From positions 65-64,064 of the forward strand of contig JAOUBY010000003.1 in NCBI GenBank assembly GCA_029860045.1: DNA of 64,000 nt. The letters run 5' to 3'. Source of the DNA: Gammaproteobacteria bacterium (lineage in GTDB: Bacteria > Pseudomonadota > Gammaproteobacteria > UBA9214). Position numbers and translations under genes: made by a program. Shown one piece after another: positions 34,234-43,930 of the stretch (position 1 is its first letter; the number at the start of each line of letters is the position of its first letter). Below the pieces are notes generated by a model. It was not told where the DNA came from and searched no databases. It saw only the letters and a program-made list of their open reading frames with translations.

Positions 34234-35799
34234 ATGCGTGAACTTTTAGAACAGATTCTGACTTATGTAAGGGGCATCTGGCGCTATCGCTGGTTCATGA
34301 TGCTGGCGGTCTGGCTTATCTGTATTGTCGGTTGGGGCGTCGTCTATCAACTGCCTGATACGTACAAGGCAGAGGCCCGGGTCCATGTCGATACCCAGTC
34401 CATGTTGCAGCCGCTGCTGAGAGGATTGACGGTCGTTACAAATACCGGAAATCGTGTAAAGCTGGTAACGCGCACCCTGCTTAGCAGGCCAAACCTGGAA
34501 AAGCTGACGCGCATGACAGACCTGGATCTTGTGGCCTTGACGCCGTCCGACATGGAGGAGCTGCTGGACGAGCTGGGCAGTGAAATCACGATATCCGGCA
34601 CCCGGGAGCAGGACCTTTATACCATCGGCTATTCCCACAGTGACCGGCAACTGGCCAAGCGCGTGGTGCAGTCATTGCTGACCATCTTTGTCGAGAGCAC
34701 GCTTGGTGAAAGCCGTGAAGAAACGGACAGTGCCCAGGAATTCGTCGGACAGCAAATCAAGGAATACGAGGCCAAGCTCGAGGCGGCGGAACTGCGTCTT
34801 GCCGAGTTCAAGCGGACCCACGTGGGCATGATGCCGGGGTCGTCTCAGGATTATTATGGGCAGTTACAGACTGCGCTATCAGAGTTGCAGCAGGCACAGT
34901 TATCGCTTCGTGAAACGGTTAACCAGCGTAACCAGTTCAAGCAGCAGATGGAAGATGACGAGGATTCCTATCTCATGTTCAGTGAACTGCAACCCGGGAC
35001 AGGCTCGGCGCTTGATACGCGTATACAGGAACTTTACGAACGCATCGACGATCTGCAGATCAAGTACACCAATAAGCACCCTGATGTTGTCGAAATAAGA
35101 CATCTGATTGCCACGCTGGAAAAAAAGCGCGATGAAGAGCGCGCATTGATGGATGAGATGGATGTGGGGCCGGTAGACAATCCGGCCTATCAGCAATTAA
35201 AAATGCAGCTGTCACAGGCCGATGCAACGGTTGCCTCTATGCGTTCACGGGTTGGCGAATACCAGCGGCGTGTAGACCAACTACAGGAGATGGTTGACAC
35301 GATCCCGAAGGTAGAGGCGGAGCTCAGTCAGCTTAATCGTGACTACAATGTTCATCAGAAGAATTACCAGACGCTGCTCGCGCGACGGGAGTCGGCAAAT
35401 ATTTCTGAACAGGCCGAGATCAGTGGTGATCAGCTCAAGTTCCGGGTGGTCGATCCACCCCGTGTGCCGCTTCAACCATCGGCCCCCAACCGACCGTTAT
35501 TGATGACAGGGGTCCTGATTCTGAGCATTCTCGCCGGGGCTGTGCTGGCCCTGTTCCTGTTTATGCTCAGACCCACCTTTGACAGTACACGTGCTGTTAT
35601 AGAAGTGCTGGGACGACCGGTTCTTGGTGGAGTATCGATGATTCACAACCAGGCATGGAGCACCAAGCACAGGCATGCGATGCTTGCTTTCAGCCTGGCT
35701 GGTGTTGGACTACTGGCGCTGTATGTCGGCGTTATAGCGATGGACGGACTAACCAGTAATGTTGCCGGGATCGGGAAGGCTATAGTGGGGCGCGGCTGA
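34234..35799 (+). CDS. Polysaccharide chain-length determinant (Wzz-like; PEP-CTERM locus subfamily)
   Basis: N-terminal TM, a long coiled-coil periplasmic region and a C-terminal TM (LLMTGVLILSILAGAVLALFLFML); 521 aa. Confidence 0.85.
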   Translation: MRELLEQILTYVRGIWRYRWFMMLAVWLICIVGWGVVYQLPDTYKAEARVHVDTQSMLQPLLRGLTVVTNTGNRVKLVTRTLLSRPNLEKLTRMTDLDLVALTPSDMEELLDELGSEITISGTREQDLYTIGYSHSDRQLAKRVVQSLLTIFVESTLGESREETDSAQEFVGQQIKEYEAKLEAAELRLAEFKRTHVGMMPGSSQDYYGQLQTALSELQQAQLSLRETVNQRNQFKQQMEDDEDSYLMFSELQPGTGSALDTRIQELYERIDDLQIKYTNKHPDVVEIRHLIATLEKKRDEERALMDEMDVGPVDNPAYQQLKMQLSQADATVASMRSRVGEYQRRVDQLQEMVDTIPKVEAELSQLNRDYNVHQKNYQTLLARRESANISEQAEISGDQLKFRVVDPPRVPLQPSAPNRPLLMTGVLILSILAGAVLALFLFMLRPTFDSTRAVIEVLGRPVLGGVSMIHNQAWSTKHRHAMLAFSLAGVGLLALYVGVIAMDGLTSNVAGIGKAIVGRG

Positions 35800-36764
35800 T
35801 GAGTATTTTTGAGAAGGCCTTCGAGAAGGCGGGCAAGAATGACGGCGAGCGCCCGGCAGATGATCTGTTTGACGATCGCGCAGATAATTTGCCGGATTTC
35901 CCCGGGGATCCTGTCGAGGGTGAACCTGAATCCGTATCTGCAGATACAGAGGACAGTGCAGGGGTGGCGGAAACTGTCGTGCAGCAGGAACCGTGGAACG
36001 AGGGTCTGTCGCACACAGGTTCGGGCAAACTGGTCAAGCTGGATCTTAGTGGACTGAGAGATGCCGGGCTGGTCGATCCCCGGTCAAAGGAGGTCAACCG
36101 GACTACTGAGGAATTCAGGCGCATCAAGCGCCCGCTGCTCATGAATATCAGGGGCGAGGGGGCAAGCGTTGTCCCTAATGCCAACATGATCATGGTGAGC
36201 AGTGCACTGCCCGGTGAAGGGAAGACATTTACATCGATCAACCTGGCAATGAGCATCGCCATGGAAATGGACAGGACGGTGCTGCTGGTCGATGCCGATG
36301 TCGCGAAACCTGATGTTACCGCACGCCTCGGTGTTGAGGCGGAAAAGGGACTGATCGATGTGCTGCTGGATGACAGTCTTACGTTGCCGGACGTTTTGCT
36401 GAGGACGGATATCCCCAAGCTGGCATTGCTGCCTTCCGGCAGTCGGCATGTCCACTCAACAGAATTGCTTGCCAGTGAGCGCATGAGGCAGCTCACGCTG
36501 GAGCTTTCCAGCCGTTATCCGGACAGGATCGTGATTTTTGATTCTCCGCCACTGCTTTTGGCCAGTGAGGCGCGGGTGCTTGCAGGCTTGATGGGGCAGG
36601 TCGTGATGGTGGTTGAGGAGTCCATGACGCGGCAGCATGCTGCCCAGGAGGCAGTCGAAATGCTTGCGGATAACGAAATTGTAGGAATTGTCATGAACAA
36701 GGGCAGGCACAAGTCGAAGGAGGGAGGGTACGGGGGCTATGGCTATTACCCTTATACACGGTAA
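35799..36764 (+). CDS. Bacterial tyrosine (BY) protein kinase of the EPS locus (EpsG-like)
   Basis: Walker A SALPGEGKTFTSINLA, Walker B VLLVDAD and the C-terminal tyrosine cluster GGYGGYGYYPYTR. The ATGA overlap with the upstream gene gives a split Wzc arrangement. Confidence 0.85.
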   Translation: MSIFEKAFEKAGKNDGERPADDLFDDRADNLPDFPGDPVEGEPESVSADTEDSAGVAETVVQQEPWNEGLSHTGSGKLVKLDLSGLRDAGLVDPRSKEVNRTTEEFRRIKRPLLMNIRGEGASVVPNANMIMVSSALPGEGKTFTSINLAMSIAMEMDRTVLLVDADVAKPDVTARLGVEAEKGLIDVLLDDSLTLPDVLLRTDIPKLALLPSGSRHVHSTELLASERMRQLTLELSSRYPDRIVIFDSPPLLLASEARVLAGLMGQVVMVVEESMTRQHAAQEAVEMLADNEIVGIVMNKGRHKSKEGGYGGYGYYPYTR

Positions 36765-36795
36765 CAACCCGGTAATCCTTAAGTTGACAAGTACC

Positions 36796-38334
36796 ATGAC
36801 TCAAACCAGGAATCTTGCAAGGCTCCAGCTAACCCTGGTTCTACTTCTGTTGTGCGCAAATTCTGTCAATGCGGGTGACTGGGATATCACGCGGAGTATT
36901 ACCGTTGGTGCAAATTTTAGTGACAATGTCAGTCAGGATGATGGCAATAAGGAAAGTGATCTTGTAACTGAAATCAGACCCGCAATCAGTGTGCATGGTG
37001 AGGGCGGTCGGCTGAAGGCCGATATTGATTACGCTATGCAAAATGCAATTTTTGTTAATAATAGCGACGCCAACGGGGTTTTTCACCAGCTGGATGCCAA
37101 TGCCACGGTGGAGCTTGCGAAAAACCTGTTGTTTGTTGATGCATCCAGTGGCATGGGGCAGTCAATCATTGACGCAAGTGATAGCGTGTCAACAGGCAAT
37201 CTGGGTAATACCGGGAACCGCACTAACTTTTATACCTATAGCCTGAGTCCCTATATTCAGCCACACTTTGGGGGTTATGCCGACGGACTCTTTCGCTATA
37301 CCCACAGCGAGGTTGCCCTTGACAGGGGTGCCTCCGACTCAAGCATAGAAAGCCTTGATGCAGGTCTTACAAGCGGGCGGAATTTTGGGCCGTTTTCCTG
37401 GTCTGCCAATTACAATTATTCTGATCAGCAGCGAAGTACCGCTTCCAATGCAAAATTCGAGAATTCCAATGCCCAGGCGCGTTATCGCATCAGCCGTCGC
37501 TTCAGCCTGGTCGGCTCGGCAGGTTATTCCAGTAATGAATTCGAGAGCAGCAGGGATGTCGTGAACGGTAGCTACTGGTCTGCTGGCGTATTCCTGCAAC
37601 CAAGCCGTTATTACTCCCTTGAGGCGCAGCAGGGCAATAATCTGAAAACTGCAACGGTGAGCCTGTACCCGACCCGGCGTACCTCCATGCTTGCCACTTA
37701 CAGTGACCAGAGTGTGGGTCTGAATCCGGGTGAAGTATGGTCAGGATCTTTAAGTCACTACACGCGGCGCACTACCTGGAGTGCAAGCTACAGGGAAGAT
37801 ACGACGACGCAGCAGCAGCTGTTTCTCGAGCCAGGGGGTTTTGTGATTATCGGGGTTGATCCACTTACTGGCCTGGGTCGTGACCCCCCCCAGCCGGGTG
37901 ATCTGCTTGTCCCGGCGCCTTTCCCGCCGTTCCTGACGCTTACTGACGAGGTGGTTGAGCGCAAACGTGCTTCAGGTACGTTCGGTATGAAGATGGGAAA
38001 GACCGGGCTGCGGCTCACTGTGTTTGACGAGAGAACCCTGTTCCTGACATCGCTTATAGAAAATGAGACAAAGGGTCTCAGTGGCAGTCTCGACCGTCGC
38101 CTGGCACCGCGAACCAATGGCATCCTGTCAGGTTCATACCAGCGCATAGCTGACGCTGATATTGGCAACGACCTTGTGGATATCTTCATGTATGTTCAGG
38201 CCGAGGTGACACGGCAAATGAGCAAAAAATCAAACGCTTCTGTGTCTTACCGCTTCACCATGCGAGACTCCAATGATAATAATCGCGACAGCAATGAAAA
38301 CAGGATAACGGCGAAGCTGAGGTACTTTTTCTGA
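36796..38334 (+). CDS. Putative outer-membrane beta-barrel protein, PEP-CTERM-system-associated family (TIGR03016-like)
   Basis: Signal peptide LQLTLVLLLLCANSVNA, a Ser/Tyr/Asn-rich strand-forming sequence and C-terminal ...KLRYFF. Confidence 0.75.
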   Translation: MTQTRNLARLQLTLVLLLLCANSVNAGDWDITRSITVGANFSDNVSQDDGNKESDLVTEIRPAISVHGEGGRLKADIDYAMQNAIFVNNSDANGVFHQLDANATVELAKNLLFVDASSGMGQSIIDASDSVSTGNLGNTGNRTNFYTYSLSPYIQPHFGGYADGLFRYTHSEVALDRGASDSSIESLDAGLTSGRNFGPFSWSANYNYSDQQRSTASNAKFENSNAQARYRISRRFSLVGSAGYSSNEFESSRDVVNGSYWSAGVFLQPSRYYSLEAQQGNNLKTATVSLYPTRRTSMLATYSDQSVGLNPGEVWSGSLSHYTRRTTWSASYREDTTTQQQLFLEPGGFVIIGVDPLTGLGRDPPQPGDLLVPAPFPPFLTLTDEVVERKRASGTFGMKMGKTGLRLTVFDERTLFLTSLIENETKGLSGSLDRRLAPRTNGILSGSYQRIADADIGNDLVDIFMYVQAEVTRQMSKKSNASVSYRFTMRDSNDNNRDSNENRITAKLRYFF

Positions 38335-38339
38335 AAACC

Positions 38340-39431
38340 ATGTATGACAAATTCTACAATCTGAAGGCAAAACCATTCCGGTTAAGTCCTGACCCGCGTT
38401 TTCTGTTCCGCAGCAAGGCACACAGCAAGGCGCTGGCCTACCTGCGTTACGGGCTGCATACGGGTGAGGGCTTTGTTGTTATTACCGGCGGCGTGGGGAC
38501 CGGCAAGACCACGCTGGCCCGCTTTCTGCTGTCAAAAATCAACAAGTCAAAGGTCATTGCCGTCGAGCTGGTGACATCTCAGCTGGAGTCGGATGACTTG
38601 CTGCGCCTGGTCGCGGCGGCGCTGGGGCTTGCGCACCAGGGCTTGCCCAAGTCGACCCTGTTGAAGAATGTCGAGACATTCCTGATGGCCAGGGCGCGCG
38701 AAGGCAAGCGCGTACTGCTGCTGGTCGATGAGGTGCAGAACCTGTCACGCAGTGCCATGGAGGAATTGCGCATGCTGTCGAACTTCCAGGTCGGCGAGAA
38801 GGCGCTGCTGCAAACCTTCCTGCTGGGCCAGGACGAGTTCCGTCCCATGCTGCAGTCTGCCGGGATGGAGCAGTTCCGGCAGCGGATCATCGCCTCGTTT
38901 CACCTTGGGCCGTTAAACAGGGAAGAGGTGCAGGAATATATTCTGCACCGGCTGGGGCTGTGTGGCTGGCAGGATGATCCGCGCTTTCATGACGCGGCAT
39001 TTGAGCGTATTTACCAATACACAGCCGGTGTGCCGCGCTTGATAAACAAGCTGTGTGACCGGGTATTGCTGCATGGGTGCATTGAGGAACTGCACGAGAT
39101 AAGTGCGCAGGATGTCAACGCGGTGATAGACGATGAAATGCAGGAAGCGCATGCACCGGTGAATGCCCCGGACCTGCCGCTGCCGACGGATGAAGAGACA
39201 GATTCCCGGAAAGTTCATGGTGGCAATGCGCAACAATTGCGTATGGACAACACGATCAGCAACGACGAACGCCGCCTGCTGGCCATGGAAAAGAAGCTGG
39301 ACCTGCTTGAAAATACCCTGCGCAATGACCGCAAGTGGACTCAACGAATGATCATGAAGCTTGCCATGTCAGACGACAAGGACAGGGAACAACTGGACGT
39401 ACTGAAAGAGCTGGGCGCTGCTGACAAGTAA
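38340..39431 (+). CDS. AAA+ ATPase, ExeA/GspA-like secretion ATPase of PEP-CTERM loci (TIGR03015-like)
   Basis: Walker A ITGGVGTGKTT and Walker B LLLVDEVQNL; 363 aa. Confidence 0.85.
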   Translation: MYDKFYNLKAKPFRLSPDPRFLFRSKAHSKALAYLRYGLHTGEGFVVITGGVGTGKTTLARFLLSKINKSKVIAVELVTSQLESDDLLRLVAAALGLAHQGLPKSTLLKNVETFLMARAREGKRVLLLVDEVQNLSRSAMEELRMLSNFQVGEKALLQTFLLGQDEFRPMLQSAGMEQFRQRIIASFHLGPLNREEVQEYILHRLGLCGWQDDPRFHDAAFERIYQYTAGVPRLINKLCDRVLLHGCIEELHEISAQDVNAVIDDEMQEAHAPVNAPDLPLPTDEETDSRKVHGGNAQQLRMDNTISNDERRLLAMEKKLDLLENTLRNDRKWTQRMIMKLAMSDDKDREQLDVLKELGAADK

Positions 39432-39493
39432 TCCCGGCAGTCTCTACCAGGCCGGCAAGTCACCAAGGAGACACTGTTCCGGCATGCCGGCAA

Positions 39494-40684
39494 ATGGATA
39501 TGAAAACAAGCACAGTTGAAAACCCCGATTCATCACCCGGCGCCATTCTCTGCGTGGTCGGCGCACGTCCGAATTTCATGAAGATTGCGCCCATCATCAG
39601 GGCCTTCAGGTCAGGCCCTGACCCGATTCATACGCACCTTGTGCATACCGGCCAGCATTACGATGCGGAAATGAATGATGCCTTCTTCACCCAGCTGCAG
39701 ATACCGCAGCCGGATATCGAACTGGAGGTGGGTTCCGCCAGTCACGCCGTACAGACGGCCGAGATCATGCGGCGTTTTGAGGCAGTCGTGGATGCCGAGT
39801 CGCCGCGGGCGGTGCTGGTTGTCGGTGATGTGAATTCCACCATTGCCTGTGCGCTGGTGGCCGCCAAGAAGGACATCCCGGTTATCCACGTGGAGGCCGG
39901 GCTGCGCAGTTTTGATCGTGCCATGCCCGAGGAGATTAACCGGGTACTGACTGACCAGATTTCCACTCTGCTGTTCATAACGGAGCCGGCCGCGCGCAAC
40001 AACCTGTTGCGGGAGGGACTTGCTGACGACCAGATCCATTTTGTCGGCAACGTGATGATCGACACCCTGAAGCACTGCCTTGAGAAAGCGGTCCCGGCAG
40101 CGGTTACCCTGGCGGACGTACCCGGGAACGAGTGCTTTCTGAAGGGTGATAGCGGTTACTGTGTGTTGACACTGCACCGCCCTTCGAATGTCGATGAGCC
40201 GGCGCTGCTCAGGAATATCCTCGAAACGGTGCGCACCGTCAGCGAGAGCATGCCGGTGGTGTTTCCTTTACACCCGCGTACCCGTAACCGGGTGGCCGAA
40301 CTGGGTTTGCAGGACATGCTCGAGTCTGACCGCATCGCCTGCCTGCAACCGCTTGGCTACCTGGAAATGCTGGGGCTGGTTTCCGGGGCGCGCCTGGTCA
40401 TGACCGATTCGGGCGGCCTGCAGGAGGAAACCACGGTTGTCGGCGTGCCCTGCATCACCCTGCGCAACAACACAGAGCGGCCGGTTACCGTTGACCAGGG
40501 GACCAATACCATTGTCGGGCAGGACCGGGCACAAATCCTCGCCGCGGTGAATGATGTGCTGGAGAGCGGCGGCAAGCGCGGACGGGTACCGGAGTTGTGG
40601 GATGGCAAGGCAGCCGAACGCATCAAGCGGGTACTGAATGACTGGCTGCAGCAGCATCAAGCGCAGCGCGTCGCGGCAGGTTAG
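39494..40684 (+). CDS. wecB: UDP-N-acetylglucosamine 2-epimerase (non-hydrolysing), WecB/MnaA family
   Basis: ILCVVGARPNFMKIAPI...HTGQHYD and the conserved GDVNSTIA, HVEAGLRS motifs. Confidence 0.9.
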   Translation: MDMKTSTVENPDSSPGAILCVVGARPNFMKIAPIIRAFRSGPDPIHTHLVHTGQHYDAEMNDAFFTQLQIPQPDIELEVGSASHAVQTAEIMRRFEAVVDAESPRAVLVVGDVNSTIACALVAAKKDIPVIHVEAGLRSFDRAMPEEINRVLTDQISTLLFITEPAARNNLLREGLADDQIHFVGNVMIDTLKHCLEKAVPAAVTLADVPGNECFLKGDSGYCVLTLHRPSNVDEPALLRNILETVRTVSESMPVVFPLHPRTRNRVAELGLQDMLESDRIACLQPLGYLEMLGLVSGARLVMTDSGGLQEETTVVGVPCITLRNNTERPVTVDQGTNTIVGQDRAQILAAVNDVLESGGKRGRVPELWDGKAAERIKRVLNDWLQQHQAQRVAAG

Positions 40685-40706
40685 CTGGCGGGTTTGCAGC
40701 TTTACC

Positions 40707-41579
40707 ATGCCTGAATCAACGTCGGGAAATGCATCGGCCAGCGTCGTCAACGCCATGACGGTCGACGTGGAGGACTATTTCCAGGTCTCTGCATTCGAAG
40801 CTGCGGTAAATCGCAGCGACTGGGACCGGCTGCCGTGCCGGGTAGAACAAAACACCGACCATATCCTTGGGCTGTTCGACGGGCATGACGTCAAGGCCAC
40901 ATTCTTCATGCTTGGCTGGATCGCCGAGCGTTACCCGCAGCTGGTGCGCCGTATTGTTGATGCCGGTCATGAACTGGCCAGCCATGGATATTCACACGTT
41001 CGCGTTACTCAACAGCAGCCGCAGGCATTCAGCGAGGATGTCAGCAAGACAAAGCAACTGCTCGAGGATATAGCGGGATGCGAGGTACAGGGCTACCGGG
41101 CCGCCAGTTACTCGATTGTCAACGAGACACTGTGGGCGCACGACCTTCTGCAGGAGGCGGGTTACCACTATAGTTCAAGTGTCTACCCAATTCATCATGA
41201 CCTGTACGGCATCCCGGACGCGCCGCGTTTTTCCTACCGGCACAAGGATGGCGGGTTACTGGAGATACCCGTTACAACGGTGTCGCTGTTCAATCACAAC
41301 CTGCCTTGCGGGGGTGGCGGTTATTTTCGCCTGCTGCCTTACCGGGTGTCGCGCTGGGCCATGCGTCGCGTCAACGGGACAGACCGCATGCCCTGTGTGT
41401 TCTATTTTCATCCCTGGGAGATCGACCCGGAGCAACCAAGACAGGCCGGGATCAGCGGGAAAACGCGCTTTCGCCATTACCTTAACCTCAGGCATATGAG
41501 ATCCCGGATTGGCAGGCTGCTTGACGATTTCAACTGGGGCCGCATGGATAACGTGTTTTTGCCTGATGGTGAAATATAA
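40707..41579 (+). CDS. Polysaccharide deacetylase family protein, PEP-CTERM locus subfamily (TIGR03006-like)
   Basis: MTVDVEDYFQV N-terminal motif plus the NodB-type His/Asp residues (HELASHGYSH). Confidence 0.85.
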   Translation: MPESTSGNASASVVNAMTVDVEDYFQVSAFEAAVNRSDWDRLPCRVEQNTDHILGLFDGHDVKATFFMLGWIAERYPQLVRRIVDAGHELASHGYSHVRVTQQQPQAFSEDVSKTKQLLEDIAGCEVQGYRAASYSIVNETLWAHDLLQEAGYHYSSSVYPIHHDLYGIPDAPRFSYRHKDGGLLEIPVTTVSLFNHNLPCGGGGYFRLLPYRVSRWAMRRVNGTDRMPCVFYFHPWEIDPEQPRQAGISGKTRFRHYLNLRHMRSRIGRLLDDFNWGRMDNVFLPDGEI

Positions 41580-41581
41580 CA

Positions 41582-42661
41582 ATGGGACTGGCAGTGACGC
41601 ATAACACGGACACCGTGTCACCCCCGGATGGTACTGAAATCACGGTGCAGACACTGACGCCGGAGTATCGAGGGGCATGGGATGAATTTGTGGACAGCTG
41701 TCCCGATGCCACATTTTTCCATCGCGCCGGCTGGCAAGAGGTTATTGAGAAGGCATTCGGGCACCGTACCCATTACCTCTTTGCCGAGCGCAACGGCCGA
41801 ATTGCCGGTGTATTACCGCTCGGTCACATCAACAGTCGCCTGTTTGGCAATGCGCTGATTTCAACACCCTTTAGTGTGTACGGGGGGATTGCAACAGAAG
41901 ACGACGCAGTATTCGCCGCGCTTGAATCCGCTGCCTGCGCGTTGGCCGATAAGCTGGAAGTCGATTACCTGGAAATGCGCAACCGGCAAGCCCGGCATGC
42001 GGGCTGGCCGACCAAGGACCTTTATGTCACTTTCCGCAAGTCGATTGACCCGGATCCCGAGCAGAATCTGCAGGCTATACCGCGCAAGCAGCGCGCCATG
42101 GTGCGCAAGGGTATCAAGGCCGGTCTGAAGGGTGAGTTTGACAGTTCCACGGAGCGTTTTTATGCGGCCTATTCAGAGAGTGTACGCAGCCTGGGTACGC
42201 CGGTATTTTCGCGTGGCTACTTCGAACTGCTGCAGCGTGTCTTCAGGGACAGCTGCGACATACTGACCGTCACCCATGACGGTGAACTGGTCAGCAGTGT
42301 CATGAATTTCTACTTTCGTGACGAGGTGCTGCCATATTACGGTGGCGGGACGCCGCTGGCGCGTCGCCTGAAGGGCAACGATTTCATGTACTGGGAACTG
42401 ATGCGCCACAGTTGCGAGCGCGGGCTGCGGGTGTTTGATTACGGACGCAGCAAGCAGGGGACAGGCGCCTGGAGTTTCAAGAAGAACTGGGGCTTCGAAC
42501 CTGCCCCGCTGCACTATGAATACTACCTGGTGAAGGCCCGGGAGATGCCGGATATCAGCCCCATGAACCCGAAGTACCGGTTATTTATCAGTGCCTGGAA
42601 ACGGTTGCCATTACCGGTAACGCGGCTGATCGGTCCACTGCTGGCGCGCAACCTGGGCTGA
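41582..42661 (+). CDS. FemAB-family (GNAT-fold) protein, PEP-CTERM system-associated (TIGR03019-like)
   Basis: 359 aa; FemAB/BioF2-like acyltransferase fold signature (FFHRAGWQEV...). Typical position next to the deacetylase. Confidence 0.8.
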   Translation: MGLAVTHNTDTVSPPDGTEITVQTLTPEYRGAWDEFVDSCPDATFFHRAGWQEVIEKAFGHRTHYLFAERNGRIAGVLPLGHINSRLFGNALISTPFSVYGGIATEDDAVFAALESAACALADKLEVDYLEMRNRQARHAGWPTKDLYVTFRKSIDPDPEQNLQAIPRKQRAMVRKGIKAGLKGEFDSSTERFYAAYSESVRSLGTPVFSRGYFELLQRVFRDSCDILTVTHDGELVSSVMNFYFRDEVLPYYGGGTPLARRLKGNDFMYWELMRHSCERGLRVFDYGRSKQGTGAWSFKKNWGFEPAPLHYEYYLVKAREMPDISPMNPKYRLFISAWKRLPLPVTRLIGPLLARNLG

Positions 42662-42664
42662 ATC

Positions 42665-43930
42665 ATGGAAGAATTGTTGTTTCTTGCGCACCGCATCCCC
42701 TATCCACCCAACAAGGGTGACAAGATCCGGTCGTACCATATTCTCAAGCACCTGGCCCGTTCCTACCGTGTTCACCTGGGTGCCTTTGTTGATGATCCGG
42801 ACGACTGGAAGTATCGGGACAAGCTCGAGGAGATATGCGCATCGACCTGCCTGTTGCCGCTGCATCCTCTGAAGGCGAGGGCGCGCAGTTTAACCGGGCT
42901 GCTGAGCAACTCGGCAATGAGTGTAAGTTTTTTCCGTGACCACAACATGCAGCAGTGGGTAAATGCGCGGCTGGAACAGGACAGCCTGCAGCGGATTTTC
43001 GTGTTTTCGTCTCCCGTGGCACAGTATGTTATGAACAGTCAGGCGTCATCATGCCGCCGGGTGGTCGATTTTGTGGATGTCGACTCGGACAAGTGGAAGC
43101 AATACGCGCAGCACAAGCGCTGGCCGGCAAGCTGGCTTTATCGCAGGGAAGCGGAACGTCTGCTGGCATTCGAGAAGAATGTCGCCACCCTGTTTGATGC
43201 GAGTATCTTTGTGTCTTCTGCAGAGGCAGCGCTGTTCAGGCGGCTGGTGCCGGAGGTGTCCGCAAGGACGGGCTTCCTTGATAACGGTGTTGACCGGGAT
43301 TATTTTTCCCCGGAAAGAAACTACGATAATCCCTGTGACGAACAGGCGAAGATCATTGTTTTTACCGGCGCCATGGATTACTGGGCAAATGTACATGCCG
43401 TCCAGTGGTTTGCACTACACGTGTTGCCGCGCGTACGCGAGGCTGTTCCCGCGGCAAAATTTGTCATCGTCGGCGCCAGGCCGGCCAGCGAGGTGCAGCG
43501 GCTGGCGTCTGTGCCGGGTGTAGAGGTGACTGGTGCGGTCCCGGATGTGCGTCCCTATCTTGCACATGCGTACGTTGCTGTTGCGCCACTACGCATTGCC
43601 CGTGGTGTGCAGAACAAGGTACTGGAGGCCATGGCCATGGCCAAGGCGGTTGTTGCCTCACCTGCAGCTGTGGAAGGCATAGAATTCAACAACCCTGCGG
43701 AGCTGCGGGTGGCGGATAGTGAGCAGCAGTTCGCGGAACAGGTTATTCAGTTTCTGTGCGATGACAAGCCTGCCGTAGCCCGGGATTCCAGGCAATGGAT
43801 ATCAGATAGATACGACTGGAATAACAATCTTTCCCGGGTAGGGGGCCTGCTTGAATGTCCATCGCCCTCGGGATATTTGCACGGGATTGCGGGTCGGCAA
43901 GCGGCTAACACGGAAGAGAAGTCTGCATGA
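42665..43930 (+). CDS. GT4 glycosyltransferase, PEP-CTERM/exosortase A system-associated (stp1-like)
   Basis: C-terminal GT4 region (EAMAMAKAVVASP) and an N-terminal block FLAHRIPYPPNKGDKIR typical of this subfamily. Confidence 0.8.
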   Translation: MEELLFLAHRIPYPPNKGDKIRSYHILKHLARSYRVHLGAFVDDPDDWKYRDKLEEICASTCLLPLHPLKARARSLTGLLSNSAMSVSFFRDHNMQQWVNARLEQDSLQRIFVFSSPVAQYVMNSQASSCRRVVDFVDVDSDKWKQYAQHKRWPASWLYRREAERLLAFEKNVATLFDASIFVSSAEAALFRRLVPEVSARTGFLDNGVDRDYFSPERNYDNPCDEQAKIIVFTGAMDYWANVHAVQWFALHVLPRVREAVPAAKFVIVGARPASEVQRLASVPGVEVTGAVPDVRPYLAHAYVAVAPLRIARGVQNKVLEAMAMAKAVVASPAAVEGIEFNNPAELRVADSEQQFAEQVIQFLCDDKPAVARDSRQWISDRYDWNNNLSRVGGLLECPSPSGYLHGIAGRQAANTEEKSA